From: Octopus bimaculoides
Taxonomy: Eukaryota
Assembly (NCBI RefSeq): GCF_001194135.2
Contig: NC_068984.1
Coordinates: forward strand, 101,885,625 to 101,947,289
Length of the DNA stretch: 61,665 nt
Reading direction: 5' to 3'
Position numbers and translations under genes: made by a program. Positions 47,511 to 58,614 of the stretch are shown in pieces. The notes below the pieces were generated by a model. The model worked only from the letters and a program-made list of their open reading frames with translations. It did not search any database and had not been told where the DNA came from. How positions within the stretch are numbered: position 1 is the stretch's first letter; every line of letters begins with the position of its first letter.

Positions 47511-48381
47511 GGATCTTTCTGATTTGACGGGCAACACTTGTTTTCTTAACGAAACACTTTCAAACTTGGGATACTGGTAGAATGTGTCATATAAAACATC
47601 TTTTTCTCTTAGCTTTCTTAACAAAAATTTATATATTGCAAGTTATTTCATGTTAAAGTTGTCGTATTTCTGTAATTTCAACCAATCACTGACGTCTATT
47701 CAGCTGAATACAGTTACTGCTATTTTTATAAAACAATAATTTTTGCCGGTGTCAAGAGTGTTATTCCCTGTTTAATTATATCATTATTCCCTAGTAAGGG
47801 TTTAGGGTTTTAGGGTTAGGGTTCGGGTTTTAGAGTTAGGGTTAGGGTTGGGTTTTAGAGTTAGGGTTAAAGTTTTAGGGTTAGGGTTGGGGTTAGGGTT
47901 AGGGTTATGGTTATGAGTTATAGGGTTTTAGGGTTAGGATTAGGGCTATGAGTGAAGTTATGGCAAAAATAATCATAACCCTAACCGTAATCCTAAAACT
48001 AACCTTAATTCTAAAACCCGAACCCTAACCCTAAAACCATAAAGCTAAGACCAGTACAAACGCACGAACGATGTCATAACTAACAGTAACACGGATAGTT
48101 GTTGACAAACAACGGCACTAATTTTATTCAAGGGAAAAGATCCCATGACACCGTTGTTTACATTCCACGGCAGTAATTGTTTTCATCTCAATAGACGTCA
48201 GTGATTGGTTGAAATTACCGAAATACGACAATTTTTTACATGAAATAACTTCGAATACAAAAATTTTTATCTGTTCTATAACACAAAATATACAAGTATA
48301 CGAGGTTTGAAAGTGTTTCGGTGCCAAAAACACTACATAAAACATTAATGAAAAGTGCTGCCCGTTAAATCAGAAAGATCC
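47511..48381. mobile_element. MITE/foldback-like element with telomere-like core
   Basis: Diverged ~270-bp inverted arms (e.g. taatttcaaccaatcactgacgtctatt and its reverse complement) around (TTAGGG)-like then (CCCTAA)-like tracts. Confidence 0.7.
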
Positions 48382-49539
48382 AAATCTTCTTCAGAACAGC
48401 AATCGTTTTGAGCNNNNNNNNNNNNNNNNNNNNNNNNNNNNNNNNNNNNNNNNNNNNNNNNNNNNNNNNNNNNNNNNNNNNNNNNNNNNNNNNNNNNNNN
48501 NNNNNNNNNNNNNNNNNNNNNNNNNNNNNNNNNNNNNNNNNNNNNNNNNNNNNNNNNNNNNNNNNNNNNNNNNNNNNNNNNNNNNNNNNNNNNNNNNNNN
48601 NNNNNNNNNNNNNNNNNNNNNNNNNNNNNNNNNNNNNNNNNNNNNNNNNNNNNNNNNNNNNNNNNNNNNNNNNNNNNNNNNNNNNNNNNNNNNNNNNNNN
48701 NNNNNNNNNNNNNNNNNNNNNNNNNNNNNNNNNNNNNNNNNNNNNNNNNNNNNNNNNNNNNNNNNNNNNNNNNNNNNNNNNNNNNNNNNNNNNNNNNNNN
48801 NNNNNNNNNNNNNNNNNNNNNNNNNNNNNNNNNNNNNNNNNNNNNNNNNNNNNNNNNNNNNNNNNNNNNNNNNNNNNNNNNNNNNNNNNNNNNNNNNNNN
48901 NNNNNNNNNNNNNNNNNNNNNNNNNNNNNNNNNNNNNNNNNNNNNNNNNNNNNNNNNNNNNNNNNNNNNNNNNNNNNNNNNNNNNNNNNNNNNNNNNNNN
49001 NNNNNNNNNNNNNNNNNNNNNNNNNNNNNNNNNNNNNNNNNNNNNNNNNNNNNNNNNNNNNNNNNNNNNNNNNNNNNNNNNNNNNNNNNNNNNNNNNNNN
49101 NNNNNNNNNNNNNNNNNNNNNNNNNNNNNNNNNNNNNNNNNNNNNNNNNNNNNNNNNNNNNNNNNNNNNNNNNNNNNNNNNNNNNNNNNNNNNNNNNNNN
49201 NNNNNNNNNNNNNNNNNNNNNNNNNNNNNNNNNNNNNNNNNNNNNNNNNNNNNNNNNNNNNNNNNNNNNNNNNNNNNNNNNNNNNNNNNNNNNNNNNNNN
49301 NNNNNNNNNNNNNNNNNNNNNNNNNNNNNNNNNNNNNNNNNNNNNNNNNNNNNNNNNNNNNNNNNNNNNNNNNNNNNNNNNNNNNNNNNNNNNNNTGATA
49401 TGTGTTGAGCGTGTGCGTGCTCGAGTTTCTAATTTGAATTTCAGATCAAAATACCAAGTTCTAATTATTTAAGTCACGTTTAAAATTAATTTAGGATTGT
49501 AAAAACAAAATATCAGATTTATATTACATATGTTGACAT

Positions 49540-49940
49540 AATACGTAGGCGCAGGCGTGGCTGGTAAGACGCTGACCTTCACACCACATGGTTCCGGCTT
49601 CGGTCCCACTGCATGGCACTTTGGGCAAGAAATGTCTTCTCCTATAGCCCAGGCCGACCAAAGCTTTGTGAATGGATTTGGTAGACGGAAACTGAAAGAA
49701 GCCCGTCGTGTGCGCGTGTGTATGTGTGTGTGTGTGCGTGCCTGTGTTTGTCCCCCACCACCGCTTGACAACCGGTGTTGGTGTGTTTAAAACCCTGTAA
49801 CTTAGCAGTTCGGCAAAAGATTACGATAGAATAAGTTCTGGACTTTTGAAAAAGTACTGGTATTGATTCATTCGACTAAAATTTCTTCACAGCGGTGCCC
49901 TTGCATGGCTGCAGTCTAATGACTGAAACAAGTAAAAGAG
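49540..49940 (+). mobile_element. SINE family A
   Basis: taggcgcaggcgtggct...ggtagacggaaactgaaagaagcccgtcg...gactgaaacaagtaaaagag. Confidence 0.9.
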
Positions 49941-50089
49941 AAAGGTAAAAGAAAAAAGATAATTCCTACGATTGGTCTGATACCGGGTCAGCTAATACGT
50001 TCATAGTGAATATAAGGCGGATCGAACTTAGATCTATAGATAATGGTGGTATTGATAAGGCTTCAGGGATGAAAAGGATTTTGTATCTT

Positions 50090-50281
50090 CTTCTTGCTTC
50101 AGTCATTAGACTGCGGTTTTGAAGAATTTTTAGTCGAATAAATCGACCCCAGTACTCTTTTTTCTTTTTTCGAACCTGGTACTTATTCTATCGATCTGTA
50201 TTGCTGAACCACTAAGCTACGGGACGTAAACACCCCACCACCGGTTGTCAAGCGGTGGTGGGGACAAACACAGACACAAAG

Positions 50282-50318
<37 letters not shown>

Positions 50319-50460
50319 ATGGGCTTCTTTCAATCTCCGTCTACCAAATCCACTCACAAAGCTTTGGTCTGGCCGAGGCTATAGTAGAAGATACTTGTCC
50401 ATGGTGTTACGCAGAACCATGTGGTTGAGAAGCAAGCTTCTTACCAAACAGCCACGCCTG
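50090..50460 (-). mobile_element. SINE family A
   Basis: Reverse-complement match to 49540-49940. Confidence 0.85.
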
Positions 50461-51249
50461 TGAACAAATATCAAACACAGTGCAGTTTCGATTATTTCCA
50501 ACAGAGTCGACCCCTGCTGTAGACTGATTCAATAACCAAGATTTTAAACATTATAGCAACGTAATTGAGGATTAACATGCAGTTTATCGTCGTAAAAAGT
50601 GAAAATAAATTGTCATAAATAAAAATGAAAGTACATTGCCGCAGAAACCATTTGTGATGACAGTGACTACTAAAACTGCATTAAAAGGACATAAAAGCTC
50701 CCTCATTATACAAACAATATCCACAGGCACCTAGAAGTATAGTACATTTTAGTGAGGTGTTAAGTATTTCAAAAATAGTAGCTAAGGTACACCGTTCCGA
50801 CATATTATACCTACTCACGCACACACTGAGAAGGCAGTTGGGTGGTTTGTATGTCGATACATGGGTAGTGGGTAGCGATTTTCTTCACTACTTCAGGGAG
50901 TGACGACCCTGCGTGACACGAGTCCGGGGCTCAGCTGGCTCCAGCTAACAGTACCCAGAATGGGCCCCTATCCAGGGTTACGGAAAGGAGATAACCTTCA
51001 AAGAAATCCGGAATGGAACTCCGTAGCGGTTTAGTGTTCGACTCGACACTCTTCCGGCAGCTCCTGAAACCAAGCTGGTGCCAAACGTAATGCTCTGCAG
51101 TCCTTTAGACTACGTCAGGAAGGTCGAGGGAAGAATCCTGACGATTGGGCTACCCAGGATTTTCTTACACCTAGCCCAGGCCTGAGCAAAACTGGAGAGG
51201 AAACTGGAGGGCATGAAATGTAAAAGCCAGACTGGATTAGTGAATGCGC

Positions 51250-51425
51250 AACTCCATTGTCTCCCGAGACAAAAGGATGCCAACAACATGATAGCCAACA
51301 CAGTTATATGTGAGCAATGCAATAATCCTGCACAGTTTATGAGCTACAGAGACAGAACCGACTGGAAGAGGTGGCGTTGTTTCTGTGGATTCACTAAGGC
51401 TATACGAACCAATTCTTTTTCGGAG
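51250..51425 (+). pseudogene. Merlin (ISXO2/IS1016-like) transposase N-terminal zinc-ribbon fragment
   Basis: NTVICEQCNNPAQFMSYRDRTDWKRWRCFCGFTKAIRTNSF fits the CxxC...DG..WRC..C..S/AIR..SFF pattern. Confidence 0.55.
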
Positions 51426-51751
51426 AATTTGGGCCGGTGCTAGGAAGTGCAGGGCTCAGTTAGAGAATTGTCAGTGGGACCCTCTGCTCTACAAAAACTG
51501 AGGATTGATGTTTTATGCTTCGTGTAGTACACCAGTCCCAGCTTAAAAGCATTGAAAGCTTGAGGATCCACCGTTAGCTACAGTGACATACCAAAAACTG
51601 AAAGCTCATATGAAAGTTTTAATGTTTTATAACAAGTCAAGCGTGTGTGCGACCCTTTCTTGGTGTGGGGTCCAAATTGAAAAATCTGTCTAATTGGCTT
51701 GAAACTGGCCTTGGTCGTCACTACCAGTTCTATTGCAATATACTTCAATTT

Positions 51752-51950
51752 TAAGGTGGCGAGCTGGCAGAAGCGTTAGCACGCCGGGCGAAATGCTTAG
51801 CGGTATTTCGTCTGCCGTTACGTTCTGAGTTCAAATTCCGCTGAGGTCGACTTTCCCTTTCATCCTTTCGGGGTCGATTAAATAAGTACCAGTTAAGCGC
51901 TGGGATCGATGTAATCGACTTAATCCCTTTGTCTGTCCTTGTTTGTCCCC
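51752..51950 (+). mobile_element. SINE family B (near full length)
   Basis: aaggtggcgagctggcagaagcgttagcacgccgggcgaaatgc...gagttcaaattcc. Confidence 0.9.
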
Positions 51951-52663
51951 TCTCTCTCTCTATATATATATATAGCGACTGTTTGTCGCTTAAAAAAATA
52001 TATAGTATTTGCAAGTGGAGAGAGCCTTCATCACTAGCCAGTGATTTCCTCACACTGAGGACGGGTAATTACTCATCAGAAATTTAATTTCTGGTGAGAT
52101 GAACGTGTCCTAGTTAAAGAAAATTCTGAGGACAAAAGATTAAACGAGAGAGAGTTAGAGAGAGAGGGGGAGAGAGAAAGAGAGAAGGGAAATATAACAA
52201 AGGAAAGACTAGATAGAGGAAAGGGGGATGTAATAAACTGAAAGGAAAAAAGAACGAGGAAGAAAAATGATCATCTCTATAAATAGAAAGATATAGTCAG
52301 AGAGAAAAACAGGAAAGAGGAAAGCAGAGAAATGTGAATATATTATATATGCAATAAATAAACAGGAACTTGCTGATCAACAAACTGAAGAAGATATTTT
52401 CTAAACATATGAGGCGTAATAATAGTTACTTGTCCTTGTATTTTTATATTTATTGATCGTGCATTCAATGTTTCTTTTGAGACATGACTAGATGTGAGCA
52501 GTTTAAACCGGTCGTAGGCCTCCAGACAAAAGGTTCACGGGACTGTAGGATCACGAGACCGAAACCATCTGATAAACGCGCGCGCATGCACACGCAAATA
52601 TACACTCAACACATACATAGATATACATATATACATTATATATGTACATGTGTGCACGCGCGT

Positions 52664-52761
<98 letters not shown>

Positions 52762-53598
52762 NNNNNNNNNNNNNNNNNNNNNNNNNNNNNNNNNNNNNNN
52801 NNNNNNNNNNNNNNNNNNNNNNNNNNNNNNNNNNNNNNNNNNNNNNNNNNNNNNNNNNNNNNNNNNNNNNNNNNNNNNNNNNNNNNNNNNNNNNNNNNNN
52901 NNNNNNNNNNNNNNNNNNNNNNNNNNNNNNNNNNNNNNNNNNNNNNNNNNNNNNNNNNNNNNNNNNNNNNNNNNNNNNNNNNNNNNNNNNNNNNNNNNNN
53001 NNNNNNNNNNNNNNNNNNNNNNNNNNNNNNNNNNNNNNNNNNNNNNNNNNNNNNNNNNNNNNNNNNNNNNNNNNNNNNNNNNNNNNNNNNNNNNNNNNNN
53101 NNNNNNNNNNNNNNNNNNNNNNNNNNNNNNNNNNNNNNNNNNNNNNNNNNNNNNNNNNNNNNNNNNNNNNNNNNNNNNNNNNNNNNNNNNNNNNNNNNNN
53201 NNNNNNNNNNNNNNNNNNNNNNNNNNNNNNNNNNNNNNNNNNNNNNNNNNNNNNNNNNNNNNNNNNNNNNNNNNNNNNNNNNNNNNNNNNNNNNNNNNNN
53301 NNNNNNNNNNNNNNNNNNNNNNNNNNNNNNNNNNNNNNNNNNNNNNNNNNNNNNNNNNNNNNNNNNNNNNNNNNNNNNNNNNNNNNNNNNNNNNNNNNNN
53401 NNNNNNNNNNNNNNNNNNNNNNNNNNNNNNNNNNNNNNNNNNNNNNNNNNNNNNNNNNNNNNNNNNNNNNNNNNNNNNNNNNNNNNNNNNNNNNNNNNNN
53501 NNNNNNNNNNNNNNNNNNNNNNNNNNNNNNNNNNNNNNNNNNNATATATATATATATAATATATCTGTAAATATATGTGACAATTATTCGGTAGCCAT

Positions 53599-53659
53599 GA
53601 TAAAACTCCGAGTTTCGGATGTCGGAGCGGAAACCCACGCCGGCATCTCTTCAGTTATC
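53599..53659 (-). ncRNA. Type I hammerhead ribozyme (GUU site, long stem II)
   Basis: gauaa CUGAAGA [gaugccggcgugg-guuu-ccgcuccgacaucc] GAAA CU-CGG-AG UU^ uuauc. Stem I is a perfect 5 bp; stem II has 2 mismatches and a bulged C. Confidence 0.7.
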
Positions 53660-53889
53660 GGGCCATCGAAAAGGAAATTACTGTGTGATTGACCGTTATT
53701 AAGACAAAAGAGCTATTAGAATGACCGCTAAGTAAGGGGAGAGAGTAAAGGTAAGGAAGTAAAAATGTTCATAGTAATCGCGTAAGCGCGCATGTCCATA
53801 CATACACATACGCCCGCACACCCACATACATGCGCCTATATGTATATACTCATCCACCCTCACTGAAGCATAGATGTTGAAATCTCGAA

Positions 53890-54015
53890 AAGAATAAGTC
53901 GACTTTGCCTTTCATCCTATCGGGGTTGATACAATAAGTACCAGTTAAGCATTGGGATCATTGCGATTACCCTCTGCTCTAAAACTGTTGGTATTGTGCC
54001 CAAATTTGAAAGAAT
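53890..54015 (+). mobile_element. SINE family B fragment
   Basis: gtcgactttgcctttcatcctatcggggttgatacaataagtaccagtt. Confidence 0.7.
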
Positions 54016-55646
54016 TGTTAACATTGTTTCGGGTGGAAACCATAGAGTATGAGACAAAATACTTTTAATTAGATGCTTCATTATGAAACACCAAGCAGTT
54101 ATTATTACTACTTTCGCGTTACCCAGAAACGGGGACTTCGATCGTGCGATCTTTCTAGCAATAATTCTTGTTTATTCTCTGTAGGCTCTCTTACAAATTC
54201 ATTTAAACCTCACAGGGATGGAAAATGTGTATTTCCAGTCCGAATCTAAATAAGACGTTGCGATTGGACGATATCTTCTCAGATAGATGAAGTTAATACT
54301 AAGTTGTCCTATTGGAATTCGTTTAAGAAAACGATGAGGAAATATTAGCAAAAAATGAATTGCATCGGGATGGGGATGAAGAAATATTCGCAGAACTAAA
54401 TTTCAGAGGAATGCGGGAAGAAATATAACAAAGTGATAAAACTGGAGAAATTTTAGGAGTTGTGGCCATAAGAGTAATTGGAAGAGTTGTTGATGCTCTT
54501 TTGTCCCAAATTGGCTTGGATCGAGTTCCATCATTAATCATCCTGTCTTTAATTTCAGGTTTAGTAGCGTCATGGCCTGCATTATATAAAATATCCTTCT
54601 CTTTATTAAGGTGTTGCAACATGAAAGCAATTCGATTGCAAAACAACTTGAATTCTTAAAACGATTGTTATCCAGCTCTATCATTTCTGACAGAACAGAC
54701 TTAAATCAGTTGTTTAAAAGATATTCCAAATGTTAGTCTGATGACTTTTTATACCAGAAAGTACAATGTCCAGTTTATCTTCTTTATTTCAGGTAGGAGG
54801 GTGTAAATTCAGAGATTAAGTTTCTATTTTCTTTTGGTTCAGTGATCATGCAAAGCAGTCGTGGACAAACTGTGGCCTGTGTGATTTTCTGAGTGGCAAG
54901 CCTAACAAAAAATTTCCTCGAATCTTTTTAGTAATACCGCCCACCAAATGATGAGCCATGTCGCATGCCACCCCTTATTGAGAAAGCTTGCTCATGCTTG
55001 ATATAAAAAGTACAATGAAAGAGCGTTACTAAAATTTTTTTCCAGCAATTTATTATTTCTAAGTATCTCTATTAATAATTTTAAACACTCACTTAACCGA
55101 CAGATACGATTGATAACACTTGGCTAACTTCTCTCTTTAATAACTAGGTTAATATTAATAAAGTAGCTTGTTCTTATTTATTTATTTAATTATTTCGGTA
55201 CTGAGAGCCGTTAATTATGTCTTTGTTGTGTTTCTGTGGGAATCATTGGTTGAGGTAGTCAAACTTTATTAAATTAAGTCGAAGGTCAAGGTTCACGACA
55301 TTCTAGTTTATTTATAGTCACACATCACACATCGCATGTCTATTTCTAAACTACATTAATATCCACTATACTGGGTAAACTGTGACCAAATAATATTTAC
55401 AACCCAATGTAAAGATGGATGTAACTATTTCTCGTGTTTTTATCAGCAGAAATATCCAGAGTACAGTAAAAGATTGTGAGAATATTACATGTTAGCTAAT
55501 ATTATTCTTTAGTCAAGCAAGGGACACAACGTACAGGCCTTATTTTCAAAAGATGTTCGATACAAGAACCAGTTGTCACCATGCACCAGAAAGTGCACAA
55601 ATTCACTTGGAGCATCTACACTGACACACAAAAACGAATGCCACAA

Positions 55647-55700
<54 letters not shown>

Positions 55701-55974
55701 NNNNNNNNNNNNNNNNNNNNGTGTGTGTGCGTGTGTTTGTGTGTGTGCGTGCGTGCGTGCGTGCGTGCGTGCGTGTGTGTGCGTTTTCATGCTCATCTAT
55801 GAAGAAAGAAACGGTTTCTAGCCTCGTAACAAACTTTTTCATACATACATACATACATACATGATATTCTTCTATGTATGTATGTATGTATGTACGCACG
55901 TGTGCATATTGTATGTTTTTCATACAACATACATGCACATAAAGTGTGCATGTATGTATGTTTTTCTCTTTCTC

Positions 55975-56620
55975 TTTTTAATTTAGAGTAAATTTTGACT
56001 CGGTGAAGCAAAAGCATCTTGTTTTGTTCACCATCCTTTAAATCCTAAGGTTTTGCAGATTTTTATAGCCCCAGATATCGTGATCATATGTAGTATATGA
56101 ATTAAGGATTTGCGTTTTGTCCCTCAAGAACTCAAGTTCAATTATACTTTGCTCTAAACGGGTTGGTATGTATCCTCTTGCTCCAATAATAATAGGTATG
56201 AAGCTGAAACTGTATTTTGGGTACTGGATTTGAAAACTCCTTACCAATAGTCCATATATGTCCTCTTTCTTTTGTATTTTTCTAACCACATTATTGTCCA
56301 AGGGGCAGCTGATTTCCACAGCACAATATATTTTTCCTTGTGGTGGCCTGTTCTAATTTTTAAGTTCCACCAATATTCTTCTGACCCATAGGTCTCAATA
56401 AAGTCAACTTCGTATGTAGATTTTTTCTTTTTAGTTATCCTGTTCCAGGCTGTTCTAGCCACCGCGTTAAGCCCCATGGGAAGATAATATCTAGAAGGCA
56501 TTCTCACGCAATTGGCAGTAATATGGTTGATGTCTTCAGTTTTGGTCTTCCACAGTATGCATTTGTTGTCTGTCAACAATTTCTGCTTTTTATGCTGTAT
56601 GTACTTGGAGAGGATCTAAG
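55975..56620 (-). mobile_element. R4/Dong-type RLE non-LTR retrotransposon, 3' fragment
   Basis: CILWKTKTEDINHITANC (degenerate CCHC), EYWWNLKIRT, EISCPLDNNV..KEDIYG, YPKYSFSFIPIIIGARGYIP. Confidence 0.8.
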
Positions 56621-56804
56621 TGAGATTTCATAAACTTGTCGGTACTCCATGCCATATGTATGGATTTATGTATGTATGTATGTATGTATGTATGTATGTA
56701 TGTATGTGCGTGTGTACGTGTATGTATGTATGTATGTATGTATGTATGTATGTAGGTATGTACGTATGTGCGTACGAATGTGAGCGTAAAACCGCCAATG
56801 AATC

Positions 56805-56847
<43 letters not shown>

Positions 56848-56852
56848 TAGAC

Positions 56853-56906
<54 letters not shown>

Positions 56907-57148
56907 ACTTTTGCAACTAAAAGCACAACAGTAATTACTTGATTGCTCGTGAAACTGAAGTCTGTTCTCTCCGAGGTTGCAATTTATACATTTGATAAAG
57001 ACCATTTAGCGTTACATAATAAGTGTACAGTTATCAACTGAGTTATGTACATATATACGGATAAATGTGTGTGCCTATGCGTACTCCAGTGTAAAGAGAT
57101 ATGTTGGACAGAATCCTAATTTATTTTTAAAAAGTGGAGTTTCTTCGC

Positions 57149-57196
<48 letters not shown>

Positions 57197-57238
57197 TATA
57201 CATATATGCGTATACATATATATAGATATAGACATATA

Positions 57239-58181
57239 TGTAAAGGTAGATTCTTCTTTGAAGTCGAGTGTCACCAGTTGTAATGACTGAGATTTATATT
57301 TGTAACCGATGCCTGTTATGGTGCAACGTCGGGATCACCAGTTTGTGACAGTAAAGTCACCAGTTGTAACAGTAAAATTTGTTTGTAAACGGTAAAAGTT
57401 TGATTTGTAAATATTAGTATGAAAGAACGATAGTTGATACACAGTAGAATGGATGTAATCTATTTGTAAGGATTGGTTCTTCGTTGATTGTCATTATGTA
57501 AAGATGAAAGAACAGTGATTGAAGTTGTGAAGAAAATATTTATTTACCGTACATTGTATATACCTTACCTCGACGGGCAGGTGATGAAATCCAAAAGAAT
57601 GCGAAGTAAAAAAAGTTAATTTCAGCCTGTATGTTCTTATTGTAGTAGTAAACCATAGAGAGAGATATGGTAATGTGCAGAGAAGAGAAATTGAATTAGT
57701 GAAAGTGAGAGAGTGTGGGACGAAACAACTGCTCCGTTGGTAAGTTACCATAGTTGTTCTCTTTGTGCCCTTTTCTTTAGAGACGGCGCTTGTTCAGCCG
57801 GTCAGCCAGACTCGGTTCTCACTAACTCACCAACTCGAGTTGTCACTGGCTAACTGAGTTGTCACCAAGAGACTAACTGATTTTTGCTTGGGGGTTCTTG
57901 TTTTTATAACTATCCTTCTGGATAGACATATCATTGAGAACAATAAATTTAGTTGGCGGTCTTGTTATCTTAATTCTAGCTTTTGGTGAAATAGAAGAGG
58001 TTAGAAAGGTCAAGTGGTGAAGACATTATTTCGGCTGAGCTAAGGCAATCTGGCAAATGTAAAATGCTGTCACAGAAAAACTATTGTTTTACCATAAGAA
58101 AAGTTCTGTTGAACTGTTAATTTAAATTTGGCCATGGTGGATCGAATTCACTTCATGCCTGCAAGATCCACCGCCACTACC
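57239..58181 (-). mobile_element. Gypsy-like LTR plus PBS region, same family as 26030-26722
   Basis: Collinear homology over the whole LTR, with an internal expansion and three PBS-like modules at 57354-57362, 57326-57340 and 57263-57276. Confidence 0.8.
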
Positions 58182-58517
58182 CTCCACGAAAACAATTTAA
58201 TTTGTGTTCGTGGGAAGAATCATTTTAACGATGCGTACTGCCTTAATTCTTCGAAACGCCGGAGTTTTAATGGTGGCAGCTGATGAAGGGGATGTTTCTA
58301 AGTGGCCTGCTTGTTTGTTGCACCTTGTTTACCATTTTGTCCTTGTTCTTTTGCCACGTCATGGACCCAGTTATGTATCTATATGTACATGTAGATGAAC
58401 GTATATACATACATGTACATATATGCATATACTCATATATTGTTTATATATNNNNNNNNNNNNNNNNNNNNNNNNNNNNNNNNNNNNNNNNNNNNNNNNN
58501 NNNNNNNNNNNNNNNNN

Positions 58518-58563
<46 letters not shown>

Positions 58564-58614
58564 TGCACATGCATATACGTATATAGATAGATATACATGC
58601 ATACATATATATAT

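Noticed and set aside
47795-48040. Chromosome end-to-end fusion scar
   Set aside because: The tracts are short and degenerate and sit within non-telomeric inverted arms, so a foldback element is the simpler explanation.
50880-51200. HDV-like ribozyme in a GC-rich, possibly LINE 5' region
   Set aside because: Short hairpins are present (e.g. 50933-50946), but I could not fit the nested double pseudoknot; needs a descriptor search.
57263-57368. CRISPR-like repeat-spacer array (also considered for the SINE repeats)
   Set aside because: Repeats and spacers are irregular, the context is eukaryotic and there are no cas genes; explained by PBS duplication.
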